A stretch of 64,000 nt of DNA from Camelus dromedarius (taxonomy: Eukaryota), in NCBI RefSeq assembly GCF_036321535.1, contig NC_087437.1:105340001-105404000 (forward strand). The letters are read 5' to 3'. The position numbers and the translations under genes are program-made. Positions 27,800-41,275 of the stretch are shown here, piece by piece. How positions within the stretch are numbered: the stretch's first letter is position 1; every line of letters begins with the position of its first letter. The notes beneath the pieces are model-generated. The model saw nothing but the letters and a program-made list of their open reading frames with translations, did no database searches and was not told the origin of the DNA.

Positions 27800-28575
27800 A
27801 GGAAGGTCTCATTTGTTCCATCAAATTTACTCCAGTCTTTGCCATTATGCTCTGTGCTCTGGGACTGTATCAGTGGATCCCTTGTGCTCTGGCTTCTTAT
27901 CAGCTTAAGCTAATAGTAAGAGATCAAAACGGGGGAGAAGCCTGAGGGCCTCCCTCTTTGTGGAACTGACAGTAGCTGGTTGCATTGGACTGAATGTGCC
28001 CTCCTCCTCCAAATTCATGTGCTGAAACTTCAATCACCTCTGTAAGGATATTTAGAGGTGGGGACTTTGAGAGGCAATTAGGTCATCAGGGTGGAGCCCT
28101 CATTATAAGATGTGTGTGCCCTTATAAAAGAGGAAGAGACAGGACATCTCCCACTCTCTCTGAGTGCATGTACTAAGGAATGGCCATGCAAAGACATGAC
28201 CAGGAAGAGAGCCTTTACCAAGAATCTGACTGTACTAGCACCCATCTCCAAACAAAAACAAAAAAATGTTTCTTGTGTAAACCACCCGGTCTATGGTATC
28301 TTTCTTATAGCAGCCTGAATGGACTGACATTGGCTACTGAAAGGCCAGCCTCTTCACACAGGCACTCTTGTTCCAGGTTTTGATAGCCAACCCTTCCTCT
28401 TTTTGTCTTATCAAGTCTAAATTTTATCAGCCACCAACCAGCACCCCACTTCTAGCCAACACATACTCCCACCAAATTGCCTCAGGTTTTCTTTTGACAT
28501 CTTTGTAAATAGTCCCTTTATTACACTTCCCAGATTGCCCAGCTTGAGAGCACCACCTTATTTCTGCCAGGATGT
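27800..28575 (+). mobile_element. ERVL LTR33-like relic, split by an MLT1A insertion
   Basis: CCCTTGTGCTCTGGCTTCT...GCTAATAG; resumes ...CTTTGTAAATAGTCCCTTTATTACACTTCCC...ATTTCTGCCAGGA. Confidence 0.65.
27981..28329 (+). mobile_element. MaLR solo LTR, MLT1A-like
   Basis: TGCATTGGACTGAATGTG...CCAAATTCATGTGCTGAAA...CTATGGTATCTTTCTTATAGCAGCCTGAATGGACTGACA; degenerate TSD CTGGT/TTGGC. Confidence 0.9.
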
Positions 28576-28998
28576 GACAAATTAGAGGCTGAGGTTTGTG
28601 TCGTTTTGATTTCTCCAAAATCTCCCTTAACAGAACTCAGTTGTCTTTTATTCAGAAGGGAAAGTAAGGGGGAAAATATTAGTAATAGAAAACTACATAG
28701 TGCCTGTGGGCTGACATTTTTCTCCTTGTTTCACTGATGTCTGTAAAATTTAAAAATTTTATTGTTTCTCAAAGGGAATTAATTATGAAGACAGAATTAG
28801 TTCCACTGCTTTGATTTGTGCATGTGCATGTGCATGTGTGTGTGTGTGGTCTCACTCTCCTTTATCCATCTTTATTCCACCCCTGTAAAACATACCTAGG
28901 GATTAGCTTAGCAACATGCTTCTGACCAGTATACTCATCACAGAGCATGAATAAGCCTCAGTGTGACCTGAACCAGCACTGCCAGACCAGGTCCAAGA

Positions 28999-29234
28999 CA
29001 GGATTTCTCAACCTCAGAACAACTGACATTTTCATCCAGGTGATTCTTTGAACAGGGCTGTCACACACGTTGTAGAACGTTGAGCAGCATCCCTGCCCTC
29101 CAGCACACGAGAACTACTGGCATTCCTCTCTCCCTCCCCACCCATTTGTCACCATCAAAAATATCTCCAGAAATTTCCAAATGTCCACCTGGTGGGGATG
29201 GGAGAGGACACAATCACCCCAGTTGAGAACCACG
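28999..29234 (-). mobile_element. MER20 (hAT-Charlie), full length
   Basis: TIRs CAGGATTTCTCAAC / GTTGAGAACCACG; internal AGCAGCATCCCTG, AAAAATATCTCCAGAAATTTCCAAATGTCC. Confidence 0.9.
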
Positions 29235-29414
29235 GGTTATAGGATAAAAATATTATTGATAAAGACCTATGCTGTCCTCATTCTATAACATTTGAATGAA
29301 AATGTTTAAATTCTGCAAAATAAAACATACATGACTAGTCACGTTGCCAGTCAGTAAAGCTTTTTTATTGCCTAAATAAAGTCTCATTTTTCAGTTTTAA
29401 CATTATGAGCAAAT

Positions 29415-29810
29415 AAGAGGCAGCATAACTGAATGGATGAAGAACCTGCTTTTTGGATCCATATTACCACTTACTGACTGACCCTGGGGAAATCACCATC
29501 TCTGTCTCACAGTCTCCTCACTGGGAAATGGGGACAGTTAATAACCATTATATAACGTAGTTGAAGGATAAAATCAGGTAGCATCTGTAAAGTGCTTAGG
29601 ATATTATTGGGATTATAAGGATGCACTCATTGTTTCAAAATAGAGGAACAGATTTGGAGAAGGGCTTAAGATTGCTGACCTGTGTGTAGTTCCAGCCCCA
29701 CCAATATTTGCATAGAGAAATCACATCACTTCCTTCAGCCTCAGTTTCTTCATGTATAAAACATGGGCTTGAATGATATTCTGCAAGTCATCATGTTCCA
29801 AATTCTGAGT
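29415..29810 (+). mobile_element. Two MIR/MIR3 fragments
   Basis: CCACTTACTGACTGACCCTGGGGAAATC...TGTAAAGTGCTTAG; TCAGCCTCAGTTTCTTCATGTATAAAAC. Confidence 0.7.
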
Positions 29811-31640
29811 CTTTGATCACGAAGTCATATTTTTCTAGCAGTCTTTAAAACAAAAGGAAGGTTTGCATTGTTACACACCCCATAGAAAAAATATGCATCC
29901 GCATGAATATCGCTGCCTTATCCAACATTTCATTGTAACACGCATAATTTCTAGCCATACAGAACATGTCTCAGCTGTATTTACCACCGATGCACTTTTT
30001 CCTATTTGCTGCCATTTGCCTTCAGCAACCATTACTCAGATGGGCCTGCTGCTCATAATACTGTCAGGAATGAATACCAAACTTGAAAATAATGCTAGTA
30101 GCTGAATTCTCTCCAAGTTGTTGGTAGCTTTTGGTCTTAGTGGTATATCAGCTAAGTCATAAGCAGACAAAGGAAATGGAGAAGTAGTAAATCCAGAAAA
30201 ATGAGATTATAAATGGAACACACACTAAACTAAGGTGGGTTGCATGGCAATTTCCAAGTTTAAAGCACAAACTCTAAGTTCTCAAAACTAAAAGGGGAGG
30301 GAATAATTATATCTGTCACGTTTCTAGATAAAACAGAACATTTCTGGAGACTAACCAGCCAGACACCTAGAGAAAGAACATCTTAGATACTAGGACGTAA
30401 GAGAAGGGTGAGAGGAAGACATTAATAATGTTTCTTTCCAATAGTAGTAATTTTCACTGCAGCTGGGTTTTCTACCCCCCAGTAACAACAACAACTACAA
30501 AAAACCCTCTGAATATGATTTGATTTTCATTCTGCTCAACCTTTCTGAGATACCAGAAAGTCTATTGGAGTTAGATGGTCCAAGACATCACACCTCCCAT
30601 GGAAAACACCAGTACTTCTAGTTTTCTGCCACGTTCTCACCCGCAAAGCCATCACTCAGCATTCCCTGGAGTGGGATGCCACCCAGTTGGTGCCTCTGCA
30701 CAAAGGACAGATTAGAGTAACTTCTCTTAAGTGGTCTGGCCAAAACCAAAAAGATTTGACTCAATTTGAAAAGAACTGGGGACCCTAAGTGTCTCCCAGC
30801 CAGCCTGGGTCCCACTCTGGAGGCAGTGTGGACTTTTGTCCACCAACCGATGTAGGTCTCACGTGAGGAGTCCCAGCAATTCTAAATGTTTTATTTTTTC
30901 AGGGGCACTGTTCTTGGTGGAAGCCAGGCATTAACTAGTCCCCTTCCTCAAATACTGTAAGTTGCCCCTTAAGGGCAGTCTTAGGAGACCTAAAAGTGTC
31001 GAAGGAGAGACTAGCCCTCAGATGAATGTGATGATTTTTCTCAAGTCAGGCTACCCTAGGTTACGGGGAGTTTCCCAAAGAATAACTGAAGCCTAAGGCA
31101 TGTGCAAACTGTGAACATTTAGCACCACCATGCGTGTTGAATTAAAAAGTTGGATGAAATTTGTCTCTGACTCTATTTGAAGTGATCAGTGATATCCGTT
31201 CAGTTCTCAGAAATATTCGATTTGGCATCAACTAATGGGTCTAAACCTAGGGAAGATAGAATTATCCGAGACATCCTCTTTGTGGATCAAGGCAGAGTAT
31301 ATGCAGTTGTTCTTTCTATACCCAGATTAATGCCTCAGGGAATTAGAAAGGTCAATATAAAATATTAAAGAGAAAACTACATAGATTTCTAAGGTGTGCA
31401 CTGATGGTCAGGAGATCAGTTCCACTGTGGGTTTGGAGCTCTAGAACATTTTTGAGATTCGTACTTCAGGTTGCCACATTCTGCTGTTTGGAGTCTTGTT
31501 GGAGGCAGCCTTAATGAACTAAATGCTCTATAAAGGAAATGGGTCTCATCCCAGTCTCTGTTGGTCAGAGTAATCCAAGTGGCTGATGCAGTGTCATATT
31601 CAGAGGCAGAAGGCAAGACAGTGTAGAAACAGGGAGTAGA

Positions 31641-32123
31641 TGTCGGAGCAATTCGCATGTTTCAGCACATCTTGCAAGAAGAGGCACTGCTCTTTGGTTC
31701 CAGACTATCTTTCCAAGGATGTGTTTGTAGTGAAAAGCCCTAGTGGACAGAGATAGTGTCTCTTTCCTTAGCAAAGGGAAGATTTTTTTAAAACTGTCTC
31801 CCTCTGTGCCAAAGGTCAGGTAGGTTTGCCTGAAGCCTATTTTAAAAGATCAGGATTTCTTAAACTCAGGATTTGTTTCCTGTAATGCAACCCATTGCAT
31901 GTCCAGGTGTCACGTGACACTTCTTTAGTTACCCTTTGGAAACAGGGGCTCAGTGAAATATCATAAGAGAATGCTGATGTTCTGGCTACCCCTCCTGCTA
32001 CGAGTAACAAACCGTCTTTTGTTACTGGCCTGGCAGTCTTGTTTACTCCCGGCATCTGTGAAACTATGGTTGACTAATTTGTTAGCATGAAGCAGAATAA
32101 AATCTCAGTCTAATTCTTGAGCA
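31641..32123 (+). mobile_element. ERVL-class solo LTR (MER76/LTR53/MER54-like group; exact family uncertain)
   Basis: TGTCGGAGCAATT...GTTCCAGACTATCTTTCCAAGGATG...GAAACTATGG...AAAATCTCAG...TTCTTGAGCA; related copy at 56515-57033. Confidence 0.7.
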
Positions 32124-33626
32124 GAAGTATTCTTCTGTCCTTCAACCATAAAAGTAGATTTAATACTAGTGTGTTCTATTTTCCCTTTTGACATGGGACA
32201 CTCTTCTGCTTGTTCCCTGTTCTTCTCTAACCATTCCACTGCCACAAGATTCCAAGATCCAAGGACACCATGGACAGTCCCACCACACATAAACAGAAGA
32301 AGGAATCACTACCATATGCACCCAATTTTACTTTTGTCTGATCTTGTCTGTGTTTTGTCTCTTCTTACTCACATCTTGGCCCTGTACACCTTGGCCCTGT
32401 GCACCTTCTTACTCTATAAAATTGGTGATACCTCTCCAACTTAAAAAGTGACTTAATAAGTATGACAAGTAAATGTAAATTAAAAAGAACTTAATGTTTA
32501 TAAATAAGAAACAATTTATAAGAATTAAAGAAAAAATAAAATGTGCTTCAGAAAGAAAATTCCAAAATTTAATCAAGCTCTTATGAAACTTGATTCTCGG
32601 CTCCTGTATTACCTTATTGAGAAAATCAATTTTTGGGGGAACACTTTTTGGGGGTGCTTTTTTTTTGGTGACATTCATTATGGCAACAATCTAAGCTAAT
32701 TCTTTCTGAGGTTCTATCACTTACTCAGCCTCTGGAGGAGAAAATTTGTACCCTAAAACCTTAGTAGGTTGTTCATTTCACATATCCAGAATCAAAACCT
32801 GTTTGAACCTGAAATAAAATACTGTTGGTGGTGTTAATTTTGTCAGGCAAAAATATCAAAAGCAAAGAAAATGTCATGTCCTAGGTTTTGTTTGTTTGTT
32901 TGTTCTTACACATGTGTGTCCATGAGTCTACAATTCAATTAAATTTAATAGAAACTAGACACAAATAGAGATGTTTGCTATGTTTGAATATCATACTTAA
33001 TGTTTATACGCATTTATTCACTGTCTTCAATTAAATAGCAAGATAATCTGGGCGCCTCAGGACTGGCTTCTCTTTTGTCTACATAGAAATCTTATATTTT
33101 TGACAAACTACTTAGTTTTTAGATTAAACATATTGATTTAGCCACATTCCTTTTATCCAATAGGATATGCTTTTGAGTAAATATTTATGTCAAAGGAGAC
33201 ACAAACTTCTAAACATCCTGGGGTAAAAGTAAAAGAAAATGTACATTAACATTAGAGAAGGTCTTATGTCTTAGTTCAATTATTCTTTGTACAATATTAT
33301 CATGTTTTTTTATCAAACAGTCTCAGAGGGGAGACTCGTAACCTTTCAAGTTTCTCAAGATCATCTACAAAAGAGCAATTTTAAAAGCATTTTTATCTGT
33401 GACACTATACAGTGCAACAAAATGTAAAATTCAGAAATTACATCCTATGATAAATCTCCCAAGATGTTCCTTTATCACATTCATTGACATTTCTGCAGTA
33501 CACAGATGAATTTATTATAGAACTGTGCCCAATAAAACTGAATTAGATTAATGGAAGAGAAAAGGAATCCTAATTCTGTAGAGGCACATTTTGTGAATCT
33601 ATATCGACTGAACTTTTTGATGGCAG

Positions 33627-34235
33627 TGTTAGGCAGTTAGATAAAATTGAGCACCAGGCAAGGGGAGAGGAAGGGGGAGGGAGCAACCCAGAAAATAATA
33701 GTACACCTGCACTCAAGATAAGGGGCTCCAAGAACTTTTACTTTCTCTAAATGAGGGCCAGCAAAGAAGCCGGCTAGAATCAAACACTACGGCTTCACAT
33801 TAGAGAGAAGGACCAGGCTTAACTGGACCCAATGCTCATTATAATATAATTAACATAGCAGTTTGAGCTCCCTCCTGTAGGTTTCTCTGTGTGCATCCTG
33901 GGTAAAAACATGCGTAAAAGAGATGAGCGTGCCTGAGCACAAGGAGCGTGAGCTGTCAGTCAGCTTGAGCACAAGGAACCTGAGCCATCAATAATCAATC
34001 ACAAACCCCCCCCCCCCTAAGCCAGGATATAAGAAGAAGAAAAACAAAGGAGTGGCGCCATTTTTCTTCTCCTGGATTGGCCCGCTCCCAATTCTTGGAG
34101 GTTACTATGTTTTACTACCATTTTACTTCACTAATAAAATCTTCTGTTTGTATCAAGCTGTCTCCAGTTAGACATTCATTTTTTTTCGGGTGACGAAGAG
34201 CCGAGGTAACTTTTATTCCCCTCCTCCCGGTAACA
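33627..34235 (+). mobile_element. ERV1 solo LTR, well preserved, 609 bp
   Basis: TGTTA...TAACA termini; perfect 4-bp TSD GCAG (33623-26 / 34236-39); TATA-like GATATAAG ~34026; AATAAA ~34133; internal 32-bp-period repeat TGAGCACAAGGA. Confidence 0.92.
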
Positions 34236-35339
34236 GCAGGTGTTCTTTTATTTAATGTCATGCTAGAAACTAAAGCAATTAGATTTTGTTATCTAGATAT
34301 GGGTACAAGTTTTTTTTTTTTTTTTTATCCATTTGAAATGAAATGTATTGTTTAATTGTATTATAATTAATTATGTTACTCTGATACATAATTTAAGATT
34401 GATTGTAGGCAAAAAGTCCAATTCTATTTGTGTTACATAAAAATGAAATCCTTCTTCCTAGCTATGTGATATTTTGTCAATAGCATATTTTTAAACACAA
34501 GCTAAGAAAGGATATTATTCAGTACAGATTAATTTTTCTATTTATATGAAGAACATTTTTGATGCAAAAGGAATTGTCAATTTGCCTTTATTGTACAAAA
34601 GAAGAATGAGATTCTGTTATCTAATTTGCCTAGTGGACCAGAAATAGTTATGGCAGGCCCGGTAAGGGGCTGGTGATCAGTGAAATCATTTTTCTCATTA
34701 ATCTTTGTGCTTACTTTTGAGGAAATAATTATTTACCTCTGTGTCTAGTGAATTTTAACATAGGCTCCTGAAACTGAACAAGAAAATTTCTAAGCAACTT
34801 CCAGAGTCTAACCTATATATTTCTCACTAGTCTTCATTTTTTAAAGGTTTTCTAGGTTTTATTTTGAAAGTCTGAAATACTCCTGTGGGTACAGGTACAT
34901 TCAATCTGAAACAAATGAACAATGAAAAATGTTTTAAACATACACAGGAGCTGAATCAGTCACTCAGAACTACACATGCTAAGTTGGTGGATCATTCCTT
35001 CAAGGAAAATACTCAATCATTAAACAAATGGAAAAAAAAAAGCTTCTAAGGCAAGTATTTCAATAGCCATTCTTGACAGCAAAGCAGTGAGCCCAGTTTA
35101 GATCATTATTTTAATATTTAGCTTAAACTGGCATCTTCTATTTGAAAATACAAGATCAAAATATTTGCAGCCAGAAGTTATGTTTTAATTCTCTGGAGTA
35201 TAACTTGTGATTAGTTTATTATATCTAAGCAGACATTATTGCAAAATGCTCACCAAAACCAGCATTATTTTCAAGTAATGTATTTTCCCTGATACATCAG
35301 ACATAATTAAAACTCAAGAAGAAATGTCCCTGGGAGGAT

Positions 35340-37130
35340 ATGTATGTGGCTCCCACTTCGCTGTTCTGCATACAAGCAGCTTGGGAGTCATCACTTTCTA
35401 TGAACCAATAAAAATCTGAACAGACTGAAAACTCAACAGCTTTTTTGGATCTATAGAAGAGGGGAGGACACGTGGCAAACCTCTGCCCCCAAGACTGGAG
35501 AGACAGATGGGAATGCAGGGAATCTCAACATTCCCGAACAAAGACTCCAGAGCAGAAACCATGGAGGAAGCAGGGTGGTGGGGAGAGGCTGGCAGGAGAT
35601 GGTATTAGAACAGGCAGATAGCTAGATATGAGCAGAGAAAGGGGGACGCAGGCCAAATGGCAGGAATTGGGTGAAAAGGAGGGGCACAGGCCAAGTGCAG
35701 GAAACTAGATGTCATGTAAACAACAGGGATCTCGGGGCAGAGGAAGAAAAGCAGGAACCTCTCAGTGGGTAGGTGGTCTCATATTTTGGAGTGACAAGTG
35801 GCCTGGAGACTGACAAAGAAAAGGTAGGAAAAGGCAGGAATCTCCAGTTTCTAAGTAACCTTTTGCTCACTATGCCCTCATTACAATAAAATTAGCCTTG
35901 CAGATAAGAAGTACCCATCATGCACCAAAGCCATAACACCTAGACTAAATAAAGACAAAAATCCCTCCTCCCCTTGGGAAGTTGGAGTTGGGATGAAAAT
36001 CAGGGAACGGTACCCCAGACCCTTCCCTCCCCAATGAATATTCCTCCCATTCATTTTTACACCCTGTGTAACCAACTTGCCAAAGAAACTCAGGGCAGCC
36101 ACTGACCTGAGCCTGCCCGCTCTCCTGTTGAGGGTGTACTTATCCATCCCTTAATAAATCCTCACTTTACTTTCTTAACCTCTGCGTCCTGTCTCTGAAT
36201 TCTTTCTGCAGTGGGAAAAGAACCTAGTCACTGGCAACAACAGGACAGAACTGAAATGGATGAATTACAGGAGGCTCCATGCAGATAACTCCCAGAGCCA
36301 AAAGAAGAGGGGGACCTCGTCACAGGGGCCCCTACAATATTACGAGATTGATCTCCAGGAACTCAACCAGGCTCTCATCGTGAAAGTCAGAGAAAAATCC
36401 TCTCCGGCTTCTGGCAGGGGGAGGGAAAAGGAAACATTTGAAAGACCTCAGATCACTCAGTTCTTAATAAGGCTTGCCCTCAGGGTAGACTAATTAACCA
36501 GGGCCTAACCAGCTGCGTTTTACCAGAACCTAACTGACCTGAGGGAAGGAAAACACCCAACTCCAGCCATCCTGTCCCACCAAAGGGAGGAGGGGAAAAA
36601 ATAAAAAAACTGAGAAACCCCTGTGAATTTCACAGTCCAGAGATGCAGTTTCACCAAAAGACTGAAATCAAATCATTGGGTCGTAGGACATTTTCTCATC
36701 CTGATCACCTCACCACTGCATTACTAAAAGACTGCTTACAGCAGTTCCTCTTACCCAGTGCATCATGTCCTGGTACCAAGGAAAAATTTCAAGGCACACC
36801 AAGAAGCAAAAGACACAATTTGAAGAGAACAAGCATTAGAAGCAGACATGGCAAGGACTTGGGAATTATCAGACCAGAAATTTAAAACAGTTTTGATTAC
36901 TATGCTAAGGGCTCTAATGGATAAAGTAAGCAGCATTCAAGAACAGATGGACACTGTAAGCAGAGAGATGGAAGTCCAAGAAAGACTGAAAAGAAATGCT
37001 AGAGATCAAAAACAGTGTTACAAAAACAAAGAATGCCTGTAATGGGCTGATTGGTAGACTGAAAATACTTGAGGAAAGAATCTCTGGGCTTGAGGATATC
37101 TCAGTAGAAACCTTCCGAATCGAAAAGCAA
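35340..37130 (+). mobile_element. L1MC-type 5' end and ORF1 relic (interrupted by an LTR)
   Basis: ORF 36848-37042 ELSDQKFKTVLITMLRALMDKVSSIQEQMDTVSREME resembles the L1 ORF1p N-terminal coiled coil; frameshifted. Confidence 0.85.
35603..36239 (+). mobile_element. ERV1 solo LTR, MER41-like
   Basis: T(A)TTAGAACAGGCAGATAGCTAGATATGAGCAG start (MER41E/G-like); AATGAATATTCCTCCC; AATAAA; ends GGCAACA; flanks ATGG/ACAG. Confidence 0.85.
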
Positions 37131-37437
37131 GATTATATGTTCTAGAACTGATAGTATGTGAGAGGTATTTTTAAAAAAAGCCGAATACAGTATCAGGCTA
37201 ATTGGGAAATGGATGCGGAAATTTTTTTCTTCCTAATGGTCCCTTGTATCTGTGACTTTCAAAAGACGATAAATATTCTAAGAAGATAACAATTTCCAGA
37301 AGAACTGGAGAAAGCAGCTTCACTGCCCAGAAAAAAAACGTATGTTTTGGCATATTATTACCTTTGAATTGCTCCACAATACTTAACAACTTAAATTTCT
37401 GATTTTGCTAACCTATTTAATTTTTAATTTTATATTG

Positions 37438-37905
37438 TGACAATGAAAAATTAATCAGGTGGTCTAAGAAAGAAATGGAAAATTTTAGTTGAGCTAAATT
37501 TGAGGATTATAACCTGGGAAAAGCGTCTCAGAAAGCTCTGAGAACTGTTCCTCCGGTTTGAAATCAAGGCACAGATATAGAAGTTTTTTGAGACAGAGGA
37601 CTGTACATCAAATAACGTATTCTGGGCAATTTACATAATCCAGATCTAAGCATCACTGAGGGGGGTCTTCTGACCCCTGACAAAATCCAGGAGGAAGGTT
37701 ATCTTTGAAGGAGTGGTCTTGTTAACGCTAGGAGAATGTTGCTCTTTTTGGTGGAGCAGGTACTCCTGCCAGCGGGGTAGGTTTGGTTAATAGATACTGC
37801 AGATACACAATGCACGGTAAGAGGAGAGAGGAGGCCAAAAGGCAGAGAAGATTTTTCTCTTTAAATTTTTCTTGTCTTGCCAAAAAATATAAATTTTATT
37901 TTGCA
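37438..37905 (-). mobile_element. ERV1 solo LTR, 468 bp
   Basis: TG...CA termini with 4-bp TSD ATTG (37434-37 / 37906-09); MER4-like text GAGGATTATAACCTGGGAAAAGCGTCTCAGAAAGCTCTGAGAAC. Confidence 0.85.
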
Positions 37906-38549
37906 ATTGTATTAAAATGTCTTTTCCCCTTTTTATACTAAATTATAAATCCTTTGAGAGCTGAGATTAGCTCTGTCTTGAACCCTCAGTACCCTCAATA
38001 TGCCTTAGCTTAGATTAGTCAACCTAACAGATGCTCCTTTCTCTAGATCTAATTCGTAAACATACTTCTCTGATTCTTTATTCCAAAATTTCCATGTTTT
38101 TCTCATATGGGCAAACTTTTGTGTTTATAGTCTGTTAAATGTTTATTCTAGTAATTTTATAAAGGAAGCTTTAAAAAGTGTATTATAATGAAGTGAAAAT
38201 AGTATAAAACTCTTTATAAAGACAGATAAAATATTTTTAATAGCTGAGACTAAAAATATCAATTAGTGTGTCAAAAATTCTCATAGTTTTTTGCTCACTT
38301 TTGTATGAGTTGGCAGTTAGAATTTTTAAATTTGGACTCCGGAAATATGAAAGATAAAAGTGAGACTTGTGAAGTGTTTAAGAAAATAACTTTCACCACA
38401 AAAGACCAAACCTATAAGATCTTGATGTTTGTCATGTGAAAATATTTTATTTTCTAAAAAAAAAGGGTAAAATGTAAGAACGCTAAGACTTGAAAAGTGC
38501 AACTCATAAGATATAATTTCTATAAATAAAAATGAGGGGTGAGGGGTGA

Positions 38550-39365
38550 AACACCAAATGTTGGTGAGTATGTGGAACAAAAGGAACTCTCATTCATTGC
38601 TGATGAAAATGCAAAATGCTCCAGCCACTTTAGAAGACAGTTTCATAGTTTTTTATAAAACTAAACATGCTCTTAATGATACGATCCTGCAATTTCACAC
38701 CATGGTATTTACCAAAGTGGGTTGAAAACCAAAGCCCACACAAAATTGTGCATATAAACATTTATAGCATTTTTATTTATAATTCCCAGCACTTGGAAGC
38801 AACCAAGATGTCCTTTAATAGGTCAATGGATAGACACATTTTGGTACATTCGTACTATGGATTATTATTCATAACTCAAAAGAAGTAATGCTTTTACTAA
38901 GCTACAGAAAAACAAGAAGTAAACCCAAATACATAATTTAAAATGAAAAGTGACAATCTTAAAAGGCATCATATCACACGATTCCAAACATATGACATAA
39001 TGGAAAAGGAAACCTACAGAAACAGGAAAAGGAGAGTGGTTGCTAAGGGATGGAGGCGGAGCAAGGAAGGACAAATGGGTGGAACTCAGGAGATTTTTAA
39101 TGCAGTGAAACTACTTTGTAAAATAATAAAATAGTGAATACCTGTCATTATAAATTTGCCAAAAGCCACAGAATGTACTACACAGAGTCAATCCTAACAT
39201 ATATTACAAACTTTGGCGGCTCATCAATTGTAACAGAAGTACCATTACAGCAAGATGCTGTAATGTAATATGTAACACCATCAATGGGTTGATGGTAAGG
39301 GGATAGGTGAGAGCTCTGTACTTTCCACTCAAATTTCCTGTTTAAAAAAAGGCTATTAATTTTAA
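38550..39365 (+). mobile_element. L1MC-type 3' end
   Basis: CCAAATGTTGGTGAG...GAACTCTCATTCATTGCTG...TTGGAAGCAACCAAGATGTCC...CTCTGTACTTTCCACTCAAATTT. Confidence 0.9.
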
Positions 39366-40154
39366 ACCTTCGTGGTAGAAACAAACGCGCAGGATTGTGA
39401 AAGAAGATACTTACATTTTCTTTTAGGAGAATATAATTTTGCATACTTCCATGACTATTGAAAATGAAATTTAATTATCTTTTCTCATCGGTTAAGAATC
39501 TAGGATCAGATTGTGTCAAGAGGTCTTAACCCTGAATATGACAGAAGACGTGGGCTTCTCTGTCAGTTCCCTTCAAACCTAAAAAATGACTCAGCAAAGG
39601 AAAATCAACAAGAAAGAACTAAGAATTGTTTAGAATATCCAATATTATGTAAATATTCTTCAAGCAATAGTAACAGAACAATGAACCTTGAAGTTTCTGT
39701 CTTAAAAGTGTAGCTAGAGAGCAAAGTAGAATCTTTGACAACAGTGAGGATTCTACCCTGATATGTGGCCAAAAGTCCCACTAAAACAATCATAATATTA
39801 CAAACATCTATTGATTAACTACTAGAATATGTTAAATATGTGGTAAAAATAGTGTAACCGTGAGGATTGTCTCTGTTTTGTGATTAGAATTATTTAATAG
39901 AAATAAACAGCACCCACTGGATTCCATGGTCAACTCCACAAAATTCCTTGATCATTCAGGCCACTTGCTCAAATCCTTTTGTGACTCCTAGAGGCTTACT
40001 GAAATGAGCACTTGTATCTATGTAACTAAGGCTTACCATAAACAGTTTGCTATTATGTATCTGTCTAATTAATGATGCCAAAGTGCCATACATATTTAAA
40101 AAGTATATTTAATGGCTCTTTAAATACACAGTTAACATTTCAGATTATTACAGT

Positions 40155-40540
40155 TGTAATAAAGAATCTGACTCTATTTTTGATGTTTGGTTGCTGACAG
40201 CCTTCAAGCTCACCCCTGTCCCTTTCTGTTTTTTGACCTCATATCTGGAGAGACCAATAAGAAAGCCCAACTCCCTCCCATGGTGACAGCCCACAAACTC
40301 AAACACTGAGACGTCTCTAAAATTCATCCCAGCCTCACACTCTAATTACACAGACATACACACAGAAGCTGCCAGCATCCCCACAGGCTCCCTTGTTTCA
40401 TTTTAGTCTAAACCTGAGCCCTTCTATTTGAGGAGTCCTTTTAATGTTCACTCTGGGTAGTAAAGTTTATTACACTTTCACTGGTGCCAGTGCATCATTC
40501 ATCCTGACATCCGCTAATTCTTGCATGGGTGCTGCCCTGT
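40155..40540 (+). mobile_element. ERV1 LTR relic (MER89/90/110-like)
   Basis: TGTAATAAAGAATCTGACTCTATTTTTGATGTTTGGTTGCTGACAGCCTTCAAGC start. Confidence 0.65.
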
Positions 40541-41019
40541 ATTGATTGCATTTATGATTTGTTTGATGCTCATTATTAAACAAGGAATAAAATGAAAAGC
40601 TTTGTCATCTTTCAAGGTAAATTATGAATTCTCTGATGCATGTTAGCTTACATTCTTGTCTTCCTTCCTTTCTTCTTTCCTTTCTCTTTCCTTTTTCCTA
40701 ATATTTTTCTCTCCTTCCATCCTTCCACATATAGGTAGTAACCTTGACTGCACACAATTATGATAGATATTTGCATGTGAAGTGGAGAGAGCCCAGATAC
40801 AAATAAAACAACACACTTGCTCTCAGGAAATGCAAAATCTGGAGTGGGGGATAGCTCATAAGAAGAAAGAAATGAGGACAGAGGCCAAATACATAGTTCT
40901 TTTTATAAATCACAGTATCACAGTTGTTCTATTCTTATTTACCCACTTTATCCTCTCATCTTTTAGATTAAAATTTTGTGATCAGAAGTAGAGTTATGTT
41001 CACGTTTTTGTAGCCAGTA

Positions 41020-41275
41020 ATAATAATAGCAAAAGTTTTTGCTATGTTATGACCATTCTAAGTGATTTTATTTATTAAATAATTTAATATTTAAAACAAC
41101 TCTATAAAGGAGACATTGTTAACATTATATGATTAAAATTATGTTATATATTAAAAGCTATTCAATTGTCTTATAGATGAAGAAGAAGGGCGACAGAGAA
41201 GCATAGGGTCCCAGGGCTAGTAAATTGCAGAGACAAGATTGGAAGCAGGCAGTCTGACTGCAGACCCTGTGTGCC
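41020..41275 (-). mobile_element. MIR
   Basis: CCATTCTAAGTGATTTTA...TTATAGATGAAGAAGAAGGGCGACAGAGAAG...AGGCAGTCTGACTGCAGACC. Confidence 0.75.
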
